Notes: a model not told the origin generated them from the letters alone. A DNA stretch of 64,000 nt from Patescibacteria group bacterium (GCA_028705565.1 JAQWDH010000003.1:9371-73370); one strand, 5' to 3'. Positions 18,216 through 27,619 are shown, counted from the first letter of the stretch. A program made the numbers and translations.

Positions 18216-19202
18216 ATGCCAAAAAATAAGAAAATAAAAATCGGCGTTCTGATGGGTGGACCGTCAACGGAAAGAGAGGTGTCGTTCGTAACCGGAAAAG
18301 CGGTTTGCGATAATTTGGATAAAAATAAATATCAAATTTTTCCGATTGAGATGTCAAAATCCGGTGAATTTTTTTTATTAAAAAATGAAAAAAAAGAGTT
18401 GTTTGATATTTTTAAAAATAAAAAAAAGTTTGACATAATATTTATCGCGATGCATGGGGCTTACGGAGAAGACGGGTGCGCGCAAGGTATGCTACAAACA
18501 TTGGGAATTCGTTATACCGGTTCCGGGGTTTTGGCAAGCGCCGTTGGCATGGACAAAATCAAATCCAATGAACTTTATGAAATCGGCGGACTTTCGGTTC
18601 CGAAATTTATTTATTTCAATAAAAACGAATGGAAAAAATTAAAAGATGAAACTTTGGAAAAAATTAAAATAAAAATCGGTATGCCGGTTGTGATAAAACC
18701 GGTTGACCAAGGTTCAAGCGTCGGGGTATTTATTATTAAAGAAGAAAAAGAAATAAAAAAAGCCGTTGAAGCGGCGTTTAAATACTCAAATTTTATAATG
18801 GCGCAGGCGTTCATAAAAGGCGAAGAAGCGACTTGTGGGGTCTTAGAGAGCGGGGGAGAGCCGTTCGCTTTGCCCCCGACGCGCATTAAAGCGAATATTG
18901 GAGAATTTTACGATTATAAATCAAAATATAAAACCGGCGGTTCAACGCATATTTGTCCGGCGGATTTTTCTTCTGAAACGAATAAAAAAATTCAAGAAAT
19001 GGCGGTGAAAGCGCATAAAATTTTAGGATGCCGAGGAATGTCGCGCACAGATTTTATAGTTTCCGAAGACGGAAAAATTTATGTTTTGGAAACCAATACT
19101 ATCCCGGGAATGACGCCAATGAGCTTATTGCCCGAAGCCGCCGGCAAAGTCGGTATAGGCTTTGCCAAGATGCTGGACTTGATTGTAAAAGCGAGCTTGT
19201 AA
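18216..19202 (+). CDS. ddl: D-alanine--D-alanine ligase
   Basis: KIGVLMGGPSTEREVS N-terminus and an ATP-grasp C-terminal fold with the ..TNTIPGMT.. motif. Confidence 0.85.
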   Translation: MPKNKKIKIGVLMGGPSTEREVSFVTGKAVCDNLDKNKYQIFPIEMSKSGEFFLLKNEKKELFDIFKNKKKFDIIFIAMHGAYGEDGCAQGMLQTLGIRYTGSGVLASAVGMDKIKSNELYEIGGLSVPKFIYFNKNEWKKLKDETLEKIKIKIGMPVVIKPVDQGSSVGVFIIKEEKEIKKAVEAAFKYSNFIMAQAFIKGEEATCGVLESGGEPFALPPTRIKANIGEFYDYKSKYKTGGSTHICPADFSSETNKKIQEMAVKAHKILGCRGMSRTDFIVSEDGKIYVLETNTIPGMTPMSLLPEAAGKVGIGFAKMLDLIVKASL

Positions 19203-19217
19203 AATTAAATTTTAAAA

Positions 19218-19250
19218 GGACTGTGAAATTCACAGTCCTGTTGTTTCTTT
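19218..19250 (+). terminator. rho-independent terminator after ddl
   Basis: Hairpin GGACTGTG-aaatt-CACAGTCC followed by a T-rich tract. Confidence 0.6.
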
Positions 19251-19264
19251 GTTCCTTAAAAAAA

Positions 19265-19564
19265 CTAATAAATGGAAAATTTTTCTTTATTGTGAAATAA
19301 GAAAATTTTTCCTATTTTCCATTCATTCTCCGTACTTTTTAATTTACTGTGGGATAAATAAATACCCACTTTTTCTTCTCCATTAATTTTTATCTTTGTA
19401 ATCCTCAAAACCGGAAAGAATGTCTGATCGAGCTTGGGTTTTTCAAGCTCAAAATTAATTACATTATACCCTTTGTACTGGGTATTTTTAATTTTTATTT
19501 CTGAAGAGAAAAAAGGTCGTATATTTTTTTTTATTTCTTCCAACAAAAAATTTAAATTTTTCAT
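19265..19564 (-). CDS. hypothetical small protein (99 aa), paralogous N-terminus to 19596..20036
   Basis: SD AAAAGGAGG upstream. Shares the motif FLLE-x6/7-FSS-x13-KGY with the neighbouring ORF. Confidence 0.5.
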   Translation of the reverse strand: MKNLNFLLEEIKKNIRPFFSSEIKIKNTQYKGYNVINFELEKPKLDQTFFPVLRITKIKINGEEKVGIYLSHSKLKSTENEWKIGKIFLFHNKEKFSIY

Positions 19565-19595
19565 CCCTACCTCCTTTTTGTCTTTTCGACGGTTT

Positions 19596-20036
19596 TTAAG
19601 AAAGAAAAAGAAACGGCTGAGATGGTCTTAACGAACCGTCCGGAGCGACCCGCAATGGTTGCTCCTCCTTTAAAACAACTGAAATAAATTTTTTAGTTAT
19701 TTGATTCATTGAACTAGTAAAAAAATTTATTGGTTTTATTATTTCATTTATTTTTTCTTTTTCAAACAAACCAGAGTAGCTAATTTTAATCGTAAATCCG
19801 CCGCTAAGATTGTCGAATATTTGCGTCTCAACTAAGCATAAATTAAGAATATTTACTTCGTCGATTTGGCAACCATATCCGTATGTTGCTCCTCTGACTT
19901 TTAAAACAATATTGTCTTTTTCGTATCCTTTCAAGAAAAATTCTTTAAGCTCGTCAATTGTTTTTTTGCTGGAAAAAAGGTACAGCATTTTTTCCAAAAG
20001 AAATAATTTAATTTCTTTTATTCTTTTTTCTTTCAT
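19596..20036 (-). CDS. hypothetical small protein (146 aa); the C-terminal 25 codons run through an unusually GC-rich stretch
   Basis: ORF only. The N-terminus is homologous to the 99-aa neighbour. The 3' end (19596-19670) may be non-coding. Confidence 0.4.
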   Translation of the reverse strand: MKEKRIKEIKLFLLEKMLYLFSSKKTIDELKEFFLKGYEKDNIVLKVRGATYGYGCQIDEVNILNLCLVETQIFDNLSGGFTIKISYSGLFEKEKINEIIKPINFFTSSMNQITKKFISVVLKEEQPLRVAPDGSLRPSQPFLFLS

Positions 20037-20081
20037 CGTTTAACTCCTTTTGTTTTGATAAATTTTTAAAGAACTTAAAAT

Positions 20082-20110
20082 AACGCGCTATCATAGCGCG
20101 TTTTACGATT
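20082..20110 (-). terminator. hairpin terminator downstream of the recombinase gene
   Basis: Perfect hairpin AACGCGCTA-tca-TAGCGCGTT flanked by T-rich sequence on both strands. Confidence 0.55.
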
Positions 20111-20186
20111 TTTGTCAAGAGGAGGGGATTGTTTTTTGGCTAAAATCAGCTATTTTGTCCGCTGTGGAAACGTTTGTGGATGTCTT

Positions 20187-21140
20187 TTAAGCGAGTGGAT
20201 GAAATTTTTTATGCGTTTGTTCGGCAAATCTATCAGATGCGTGAACATAACGCGTGGTTGTGTCAAGAGATTCATGCCCCAATAGTATTTGAATAGCCGC
20301 GGGACTTGCTCCGTTTTCCGCCAAAAAAGTGGCAAAACCATGGCGGAGTGTATGCGCGCTTATTGGAATATTAATATCAAGTAACTCCCGATACTGTTTG
20401 ATTTTAAATTGTAAATAATTAGGCGAAATTTTTTTATCTTTTTTTTGATTATTTAGTCCGCGATAAGGAACAAAAAGCATTTCTGAATCGCTATTGCGTT
20501 TTGTTAAATAGTTTTTAAGATGTAAGAGGGACCGAGGAGTTAAATAAACGAAACGTTGTTTTTTACCTTTGCCCATAATATAGACACGGCCGGTTTTATC
20601 AATTTGTCTGACTTTTAACGACAATAGTTCTGAAATGCGCATTCCGGTTGCAAAAAGCGTTTCCAACATAGCGCGATTGCGCAAAGCTATTTGTTTATTT
20701 TTTTCAAATTGTACAGGGGCTTCAATCAGCTTAATAATTTCTTTAAATTCCGGAATGCGAGCGTGTTTTTTTTCTGTTTTTACCAATTTTATGGAAGTCG
20801 GTGAAAAAGGGGACGCTTGATCAATATCCTCTAAAAATTTTAAATAGGAACGAAGTGCCGAAAGAATTCTGTTAATGGAATAACTGCATAAATGTTTTTT
20901 TGAATTTTTTAATTCCGCGGTTTTTCTGTCTATGGAATTTAAAAACGCTTTATAACGCAAAATATCTTTTTTGTCTAAATTAGCGAAAGATTTTTGGATA
21001 TCTTTTTGTAAAAAATGTTCAAAAGTTTTTAAATCGCGTTCGTAATTATAGCAAGTTTCATCAGAAAAATTATTGGCGCGTAAATTTAAAATAAATTCGT
21101 CAAAACAGGGGAGATATGGCGTGTTATTTCTGTTTGTCAT
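20187..21140 (-). CDS. tyrosine-type site-specific recombinase (XerC/XerD-like integrase)
   Basis: Catalytic signature ..ATGMRISEL.. (Arg), HTLRHGFAT (H-x-x-R), LLGHESLDTTTRYVH (His, Tyr), plus an N-terminal SAM-like core-binding domain. Confidence 0.85.
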   Translation of the reverse strand: MTNRNNTPYLPCFDEFILNLRANNFSDETCYNYERDLKTFEHFLQKDIQKSFANLDKKDILRYKAFLNSIDRKTAELKNSKKHLCSYSINRILSALRSYLKFLEDIDQASPFSPTSIKLVKTEKKHARIPEFKEIIKLIEAPVQFEKNKQIALRNRAMLETLFATGMRISELLSLKVRQIDKTGRVYIMGKGKKQRFVYLTPRSLLHLKNYLTKRNSDSEMLFVPYRGLNNQKKDKKISPNYLQFKIKQYRELLDINIPISAHTLRHGFATFLAENGASPAAIQILLGHESLDTTTRYVHASDRFAEQTHKKFHPLA

Positions 21141-21622
21141 ATTTTTTCTTCTAAAAGCATTTTGCCATGGTTACAACTTCGACACAAAGTTCTTAAATTA
21201 TTTAAGTTATTGTTTCCACCCATTACAACCGGTATAATATGGTCCACCACGAGAATGTCTTCTTTGGCGTCTTTTCCGCAAAGAACGCATTTGAAGCTGT
21301 CTCTTTGCAATATTTTAAATCTCAGTTTAAGATCAATACCTTTTCTTAACTCTGACGATTTTATAGATTTTCTTAAATGCTCATAACTTTTTCTGCCTTT
21401 TTGTATGGCCAAATTAAACGCTTCGCTGTAAGTTCTTATTATACCCAAACTTTTTAGTTTTCTTTGAATTGAGCGGGCGGTTATATTGATCAGGGTCATT
21501 TCCAAAATTTTTTCTGCAATTTCTTTTGCAGTCATTTTTTCTTTCAAATAAAGCTCGGAAATTAATTCATCAAAGTTTTTTCCAGAAGAATTAGCTATGT
21601 TGGCGGTCTTGTTTAATTGCAT
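21137..21622 (-). CDS. HNH endonuclease with N-terminal helix-turn-helix domain
   Basis: C-terminal CVLCG..DHIIPVVMGG..NLRTLCRSCNH (C-x2-C...HH...N...C-x2-C HNH motif). N-terminal ..MTAKEIAEKILEMTLINITARSIQRKL.. is HTH-like. Overlaps the recombinase start by 4 nt. Confidence 0.8.
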   Translation of the reverse strand: MQLNKTANIANSSGKNFDELISELYLKEKMTAKEIAEKILEMTLINITARSIQRKLKSLGIIRTYSEAFNLAIQKGRKSYEHLRKSIKSSELRKGIDLKLRFKILQRDSFKCVLCGKDAKEDILVVDHIIPVVMGGNNNLNNLRTLCRSCNHGKMLLEEKI

Positions 21623-21726
21623 ATTGGGGTTTTTGGTTGCTATATTTTTTCTATATAACTGAGTGTAAGGGTTATTATACTCAATTATAACATAGTTTTA
21701 TTTATGTTGTCCATCTCGCTTCCCTC

Positions 21727-22758
21727 TTACTTCCAATACACCTTTTCATCAAATCTTAAATCAACATATTCGGTCGGACGGTTGTTTGCCAGTATGGTTT
21801 TTAAATTATTTATTTGGGAATTTATATCTTTCGCCGGTTGAATTAAAATATCCCATGCCAAATTTGTTTTAATTTTAAAACCGGCCGTTGGTTCGTCCAA
21901 AACAAAATAGTTTGCGCGGATTGTCCCCTCTTTCTCCAGAACGTCGGTTAGTTGTATTATTTTTTCTATTAAATCTTTCTCAAAAATACTTTCTTGGCCG
22001 TTCTCCACGGATTTTTTTCGTGTATCGTAAATGAGTGGAAATTTTCCGAATCTATTTTTAACGCTTACAAAGCTCGGGATATGCGTTCGATTATTTTCCG
22101 CAGGTACATAGTCACTCGTGGAAGACGCATTTTTAATCGTTGATGAAGCAGTCGTTTTATTTTCGTATAAAACGAGATATTCGGACGGTTCAACATCGCG
22201 TAAAAATTTTATCGCCGTCCCCTCTTTATCCAGTAAAAAATATTTTTTTTCATTATCGTAAATTATCGCCGGTTTTTTTTCAACAACTTTTATACGCAGT
22301 TCCGCCGGAAAAATTTTTTCCACTGTCGCCGAAAGCAAAGGGTATTCTTTAAATAGCGACGTGGCGATTTTATCTGAACTTACGATAAAAAAATTTTTGC
22401 GAATAAAAGACAGTTTACCTTCCAGAAAGTTTTTTTTGACAAAAGCGTCAATTGTTTCCGTTTCAATCAAATTAAGCCCTTCATAGCTAACTTTTTTAAC
22501 GCTGAAATAAGGCAGGAAAAACAAAAGGCCGGCCCAAGCGATAAAAAAAATGATTAGTATGAAAATTTTTAATTTCGTCAATTTAATGGCATTTTTTTTA
22601 TTCAAGTAAGGATTGCCGGACAATGTGAACGCGCTTGAATTTGAAAGTTTACAGCGCGGATTTTTGTTTTCTTTGAACAAATCAAAAAATTTCTTCCACT
22701 TTTTTTGCGGAGGGCGATATTGTTTAAAATCGCATTGTGAATTTGAACGGTAAGGCAT
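21727..22758 (-). CDS. ftsQ: cell division protein FtsQ/DivIB-like (POTRA domain)
   Basis: Short cytoplasmic N-terminus, single TM (IFILIIFFIAWAGLLFFL), then ..VKKVSYEGLNLIETETI.. POTRA-like start. Flanked by ddl and alr. Confidence 0.6.
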   Translation of the reverse strand: MPYRSNSQCDFKQYRPPQKKWKKFFDLFKENKNPRCKLSNSSAFTLSGNPYLNKKNAIKLTKLKIFILIIFFIAWAGLLFFLPYFSVKKVSYEGLNLIETETIDAFVKKNFLEGKLSFIRKNFFIVSSDKIATSLFKEYPLLSATVEKIFPAELRIKVVEKKPAIIYDNEKKYFLLDKEGTAIKFLRDVEPSEYLVLYENKTTASSTIKNASSTSDYVPAENNRTHIPSFVSVKNRFGKFPLIYDTRKKSVENGQESIFEKDLIEKIIQLTDVLEKEGTIRANYFVLDEPTAGFKIKTNLAWDILIQPAKDINSQINNLKTILANNRPTEYVDLRFDEKVYWK

Positions 22759-22759
22759 T

Positions 22760-23869
22760 CTATTTAAAAATTCGCGGTATCAAAGGGTTTATTCTGTCAA
22801 TAATTTCATAGTTTATTGTTTCAGCCCAACCCGCCAAATTTTCCGCAGTGATTATTTTATTTTTACCTTTTCCGATGATAATAGCCTCATCCCCCACTTT
22901 GATTTTATGGTTTTTTATTTCCACCATACATAAATTCATACATATTCTTCCTCTGATTGGGCATTTTTGTCCTTTGATAATAACAAAAGCTCGGTTGGAA
23001 AATTTTCTGTCAAAGCCATCCCAATAGCCAACCGGTATGATGGCGATTTTTGTCGGCTTTGAAACAGTAAATGTGCCGCCATATCCGATTTTGGCGCCGG
23101 TCGGTATATCTTTGACTTGTATAATTTTCGTATGCCATGATAAAGCCGGTTTTAATCTTATTTTTTTAATTGATTTTTTTATTGGATGGATGCCATACAA
23201 GCTTAATCCAAGTCGCACGCCGTTAAAAAAAGATTTCGGGTAAAGCGCGCTCGCGGCCGAGCAAGCCATGTGTTTAATCGGAGGATTTATGCCGATGTCG
23301 GTCAAGGTTTTTATCGTTTCGTTGAAAATTTTTATTTGTTTTTTGGTAAATTTTTTGTCTTCTTCGCTGGAAGCGAAATGACTCCAAATTCCTTCCAAGT
23401 CCAAAAATTTTGATTGCTTGATTTTTTTTGCGAACATTTGCGCGTCTTTCGGCAATATGCCCATTCTTGACGCGCCTGTGTCTATTTTAAGATGAACTTT
23501 AATTTTTTTTCCGACCCTCTCCCCCGCTTTGTTTAAAAATGAAATTTGTCGCTCGGAATAAATTGGAAAAATTATTTTGTTTTTAGCCGCGATTTTTATT
23601 TTTTTTTCATCCAATTCATAAAAACTCAAAATCATTATCGGTTTTTTGATTTTGTTTTTTTTAAGTTCCAACGCTTCTTCAAGATTGACAACGCAAATTC
23701 TGTCGGCTTCGGGACTTTGGTCGCAAATTTTAGCCACGCCCAAAATTCCATGTCCATAAGCGTTGGATTTTACCACCGGCATCAATAAAGTTTTTTTGCC
23801 GACCATTTTGCGAAATTGGCGCAAATTATGCCGTATGTTGTTTGATTTTATCTCCACCCAAGTAAACAT
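22760..23869 (-). CDS. alr: alanine racemase
   Basis: PLP-binding motif VVKSNAYGHG near the N-terminus and a C-terminal beta domain. Confidence 0.85.
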   Translation of the reverse strand: MFTWVEIKSNNIRHNLRQFRKMVGKKTLLMPVVKSNAYGHGILGVAKICDQSPEADRICVVNLEEALELKKNKIKKPIMILSFYELDEKKIKIAAKNKIIFPIYSERQISFLNKAGERVGKKIKVHLKIDTGASRMGILPKDAQMFAKKIKQSKFLDLEGIWSHFASSEEDKKFTKKQIKIFNETIKTLTDIGINPPIKHMACSAASALYPKSFFNGVRLGLSLYGIHPIKKSIKKIRLKPALSWHTKIIQVKDIPTGAKIGYGGTFTVSKPTKIAIIPVGYWDGFDRKFSNRAFVIIKGQKCPIRGRICMNLCMVEIKNHKIKVGDEAIIIGKGKNKIITAENLAGWAETINYEIIDRINPLIPRIFK

Positions 23870-24000
23870 AAGCGTTGATTATTATGAAGATATTATACCT
23901 AATTTGAGCTAAAAATAAAACCACCTCTCGTGAAAATTCGCAAAAGGCGGTTTTATCCTGCCCGTTCGTCGGGTCCAGGCTTCGGTTCTTCTTCCATATT

Positions 24001-24408
24001 TTAATCAATTGGTTTAGTATTTAATACTACCTCGGACAAAGCGCTTGCTTTTTTAACGCGTCTGCGTTTTCTTTTTTCCATTGTTTGGTAATATGCGGTG
24101 CAGGCAATAGTGCCCAATGTGCAACCGACGCCATATAAAATGGCCAAATTCCAGTTGCTGATGTTTTCAACTATTTTTGACAAAACATAATACCAAATAA
24201 GCGTGTGAATTAAAGTGACCGCTCCACTCATAATTATTTTGGAATCGGCCACGGACTTTGTCTGAGCCGTGACTATGATCATTTCCACGAAACCTACAAA
24301 AAATAATATCATAGGCGTGCTTGTTAGCAAGCGGTTCCTTGGTTGGAACCTGATTTTTAATGTTCGACCTTTTTTTAAGCCATTCATATTATAACAAAAA
24401 AACGCCAA
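24001..24408 (-). CDS. hypothetical small membrane protein (about 3 TM, highly basic C-terminal tail)
   Basis: ORF and hydrophobicity only. The true start may be an internal Met. Confidence 0.4.
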   Translation of the reverse strand: MAFFCYNMNGLKKGRTLKIRFQPRNRLLTSTPMILFFVGFVEMIIVTAQTKSVADSKIIMSGAVTLIHTLIWYYVLSKIVENISNWNLAILYGVGCTLGTIACTAYYQTMEKRKRRRVKKASALSEVVLNTKPID

Positions 24409-24479
24409 AAAGTCAATTTTTTGTGGTTTTTCTGATAATTTTAGTTTAAATTAGCCAAAAATTTTGTGCAAAACCTGTT

Positions 24480-25733
24480 TTATAATTTTTTAAGGCCCGT
24501 ATATTTTCGTAATACTTTTGGAACTTCAATTAAACCGTCCTCACGCTGATAATTTTCTATCAAAGCAATCGGAAAACGACTTAAAACCACCGCCGTGCCG
24601 TTTAAAGTGTGGACAAAATCCGCGCCACCATCTTCTTTTCGGTATTTAATGTTTAAACGTCTTGCTTGATAATCCGTGCAATTGCTGCAACTTGTAATTT
24701 CGCCATAATCGCCTTGTTTATCACCTTCCCCCTTCATTGTCATCCACGCTTCAATATCATATTTTCTGTAAGCCGGCCCGCCCAAGTCCCCGCTCGGTAT
24801 GTCAATTACTCTGTAAGGAATGTCCAAGCCGTCCACTATTTCTTTTTCAATGTTTAAAATTTCTTGATGATATTTTTCACTATCTTCTGGTTTGCAATAA
24901 ATAAACATTTCCAATTTTGTGAATTGATGAACGCGATAAAGGCCCTTACTGGTGCGTCCGTATGAACCGGCTTCGGTGCGGAAACAATGCGAAAGCGCTA
25001 TGTATTTTTTCGGTCCCTTATCCAAAATTAATGTTTCTCCGGCGTGAAATCCGCCAACAGTGATCTCTGCCGTGCCAACCAAACTCAAATCAGTATTTTC
25101 AATTGAATAAACTTGAGTTTCCGCGCCACGCGGATTGAACCCGATGCCGGTGAGGATGTCATTTTTAGCCACGTCAGGGGTTTCTAAAAGCGTAAAACCG
25201 TGTTTGGCGGCGATATCCATACCATAATTAACCAATGCCTGATTTAGGCGAACCATATTATTTTTAAAAAAATAAAATTTCGCGGTCGCGACTTTTGCGC
25301 CTCTATCAAAATCAACCAAATCATTTTTAAGCATTAGCTCCTCATGGTCTTTTGGTTGAAAACTGAATTTTTTCGGTTCTCTGTTTTTATAAATCACTTT
25401 ATAATCTTCTTCGCCGCCTATCGGGCTGTCAGAATGCGTTAAGTTCGGAACTTTAAGAGCCAATTCATAAAATTCCGACGAAATTTCCCCTTCTTCTATT
25501 TCCAGTGTTTTTATTTCTTCCCCGACTTGACGCATTTTTGCTATTTCTTCGTCGGACGGTTTGCCTTTTGATTTTTGATTTCTGAGCGCGCGAAGGTCTT
25601 CCGATTTTTTCATAAGTTCTTTTCTTTTTTCATCCAAATTCAACAATCTGTCCAAATCAATTTTAACGCGTCTGTTTTCACAGTTGTTTTTTACAAGTTC
25701 TTTGTTTTCACGTATAAATTTAATGTCAAGCAT
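24480..25733 (-). CDS. serS: seryl-tRNA synthetase
   Basis: N-terminal coiled-coil arm, class II motifs (..FRTEAGS.. motif 2, ..GTAVVLSRFPIALIENYQ.. motif 3). Confidence 0.9.
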   Translation of the reverse strand: MLDIKFIRENKELVKNNCENRRVKIDLDRLLNLDEKRKELMKKSEDLRALRNQKSKGKPSDEEIAKMRQVGEEIKTLEIEEGEISSEFYELALKVPNLTHSDSPIGGEEDYKVIYKNREPKKFSFQPKDHEELMLKNDLVDFDRGAKVATAKFYFFKNNMVRLNQALVNYGMDIAAKHGFTLLETPDVAKNDILTGIGFNPRGAETQVYSIENTDLSLVGTAEITVGGFHAGETLILDKGPKKYIALSHCFRTEAGSYGRTSKGLYRVHQFTKLEMFIYCKPEDSEKYHQEILNIEKEIVDGLDIPYRVIDIPSGDLGGPAYRKYDIEAWMTMKGEGDKQGDYGEITSCSNCTDYQARRLNIKYRKEDGGADFVHTLNGTAVVLSRFPIALIENYQREDGLIEVPKVLRKYTGLKKL

Positions 25734-25739
25734 ATATTT

Positions 25740-26771
25740 TTACTTTATATATTTTTTTATAACTTTCATATTATTTTTATCCAGCAGCATTTTTTTGTTC
25801 AACGGCATTAAATCTTCCAATATCATTTCTTTGTAATTACGCCACGCGTGCGACCTTATTTCAATATCGGAACTTTTAAAAGTCCCGGACTTTATTTTAC
25901 AAATAAACAAAACGAGAAAAACCTGATAATTTCCAAGCTTTTCTCCGCACACGCTTGTAAAAATTTCCGGCAATTGTTCCAAAATCTTTATTTTATATCC
26001 TGTTTCTTCCCTTACTTCGCGTAAAAGACACTCTTTGGTTTCTTCTCCATAGTCAACTCCTCCGCCCGGGAATTCCCATTTGCCGTCAAAAGCCGGTCTG
26101 TAATCTCTTCTTTGGCACAACAATGCTTTTCCATCCTTAATTATAATCGCCGCTGGCGCGATGATTTGTTTGGCGGCGTAATGGTTCATCAAAAATAATT
26201 TAATTTGGTGTATGACTTTGCCGCGGTGGCTTACGTGATTTTTGTCAGCGATTGAAAGTTCAGCAAAACTTTTTTTCATCGGCGGATAATAAAATATGGA
26301 ATCATACCCCATGCCTTCGCGGGCGGAAATGATTTCTTTTTCAGCGATAACTCCCCGCGCTTTGCCGATAAACACATTAAAGCTTTCGTTAGTTGGGTCG
26401 TAAACGCATCCGCCTGTTTCAAAATACGCTCCTCTCTCGTTTTTTAGCGCGCCTTTTAGCAAGTTTATTATTTTTTTATTTCTTTCAAACGCGTTTTTTC
26501 CAAAACGTTTGGCTTTTATTCCCGGCTCGCCGTTAAGATAATCCACAAAAAAAGCCGTATCTTCCGCGATTGTTAAAAGACCGCTTTTTTGAGCGTAATA
26601 TTTCGCTTTACGCGCGGCGTTTTCCCATGTGGTTTCAAAAGGCTCATCCGTTTCGTCTTTATCAAGCCCCGCCTGTTTTAAATTCACAAAACGAAAAGGA
26701 ATGTCTTCAAATTGTGCGGTAAATTCTTGAAATTTGCCAATGTTGGTGGTAGCGATAAGAATTTTCTTCAT
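25740..26771 (-). CDS. fusion protein: N-terminal non-canonical purine NTP pyrophosphatase (RdgB/Ham1, ITPase) plus C-terminal NUDIX hydrolase
   Basis: N-terminal ..ATTNIGKFQEF..TIAEDTAFFVDYLNGEPGIKAKRF..FAELSIADKNHVSHRGK (Ham1 family). C-terminal Nudix box GKWEFPGGGVDYGEETKECLLREVREETGY. Confidence 0.75.
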   Translation of the reverse strand: MKKILIATTNIGKFQEFTAQFEDIPFRFVNLKQAGLDKDETDEPFETTWENAARKAKYYAQKSGLLTIAEDTAFFVDYLNGEPGIKAKRFGKNAFERNKKIINLLKGALKNERGAYFETGGCVYDPTNESFNVFIGKARGVIAEKEIISAREGMGYDSIFYYPPMKKSFAELSIADKNHVSHRGKVIHQIKLFLMNHYAAKQIIAPAAIIIKDGKALLCQRRDYRPAFDGKWEFPGGGVDYGEETKECLLREVREETGYKIKILEQLPEIFTSVCGEKLGNYQVFLVLFICKIKSGTFKSSDIEIRSHAWRNYKEMILEDLMPLNKKMLLDKNNMKVIKKYIK

Positions 26772-27619
26772 ATTTTACCCCTTACATTATCCATCAGTAA
26801 GGAATTTTCAGCGAATAAATTTATCAAATCGTCAATTTCCTGTTTTTTGTTAGTTGAAAATTTTTCTTTCATCATTTTAACGATTTCATCATGGCTTTTT
26901 TTTGAACGAGCGGCCGCGGCTTCATAAAAATCGCAAAGTTCAAGCAGTTCGGAAGAGAATTTCATTATTTGACGTTTGTCGGCGACCTCTTCGTATTTGA
27001 AATTGTTGCCCATGGAATGATGCGATGCTGCCAAGTAAATTATGTCGTGTTTAAAACCGTATTTTTTGAGGATTTCGGCGGTATTATGAATATGCGATTG
27101 GTAAACTTTTTTCATTAAGTCCTCTTTTTTCAAACATTCCACATCGTCTCCTTTTGGCAAGTTTTCCAAAATAAATTTTTTATCTTTTTCTTCCGCGTGC
27201 TTGTTCACCGCCTCCTCTATTGATAATTGCGGCAATTTTTCATCTTCAAAAAAAGAAAAAAGGTCCATAACGGCTTTTTGTTCATTTTCATTCGCGTTTG
27301 CAGGACCTGTTTTGCCAACATCGTGCAAAAGCGCCGCGACGCGTATTTTTTTTATTAATTTATCGTCAATTTTTGCCAATTTTTTTGTTTTTATTTTTTC
27401 AAGCAAAAATAAACAAATTTTTTCAACATTCAAACTGTGGCTTAAATGTCCTTTTCTTTCTTTTTTTCTTTCCCCTTCGCTTATCGGCCTTTTTTCCAAA
27501 AGACGAAGACGTTCCAGCAATTGCTCCCCAAATTCAATTTTAAGCTCTTTTAATTCTTTATCCAAAACAAAGTCTTCCGCGCGGTGGTGATGGTTTTGTT
27601 CGCTGCCGTTGTTTTCCAT
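26768..27619 (-). CDS. HD/HDIG-domain phosphohydrolase
   Basis: ..KGHLSHSLNV.. and ..AALLHDVGKT.. (HDIG motif), plus a downstream ..ASHH.. metal ligand. Overlaps the downstream gene by 4 nt. Confidence 0.65.
   Translation of the reverse strand: MENNGSEQNHHHRAEDFVLDKELKELKIEFGEQLLERLRLLEKRPISEGERKKERKGHLSHSLNVEKICLFLLEKIKTKKLAKIDDKLIKKIRVAALLHDVGKTGPANANENEQKAVMDLFSFFEDEKLPQLSIEEAVNKHAEEKDKKFILENLPKGDDVECLKKEDLMKKVYQSHIHNTAEILKKYGFKHDIIYLAASHHSMGNNFKYEEVADKRQIMKFSSELLELCDFYEAAAARSKKSHDEIVKMMKEKFSTNKKQEIDDLINLFAENSLLMDNVRGKI

Noticed and set aside
21660-21700. Possible dif-like site (TTATTATA-CTCAAT-TATAACAT) upstream of the HNH/recombinase operon
   Set aside because: The arms match the dif consensus poorly. 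On the coding (minus) strand the same bases read as an extended -10 (TGTTATAAT) and a second TATAAT, so a promoter is the simpler explanation.
23957-23979. GC-rich bulged hairpin CCTGCCCG-ttcgt-CGGG(tc)CAGG between the 24001 gene and alr, considered as a small RNA (SRP/4.5S) or tRNA
   Set aside because: No match to SRP domain IV, RNase P or tRNA features. Its T-tract is on the strand opposite to both flanking genes. It is most likely a weak terminator or structural element of the upstream gene.
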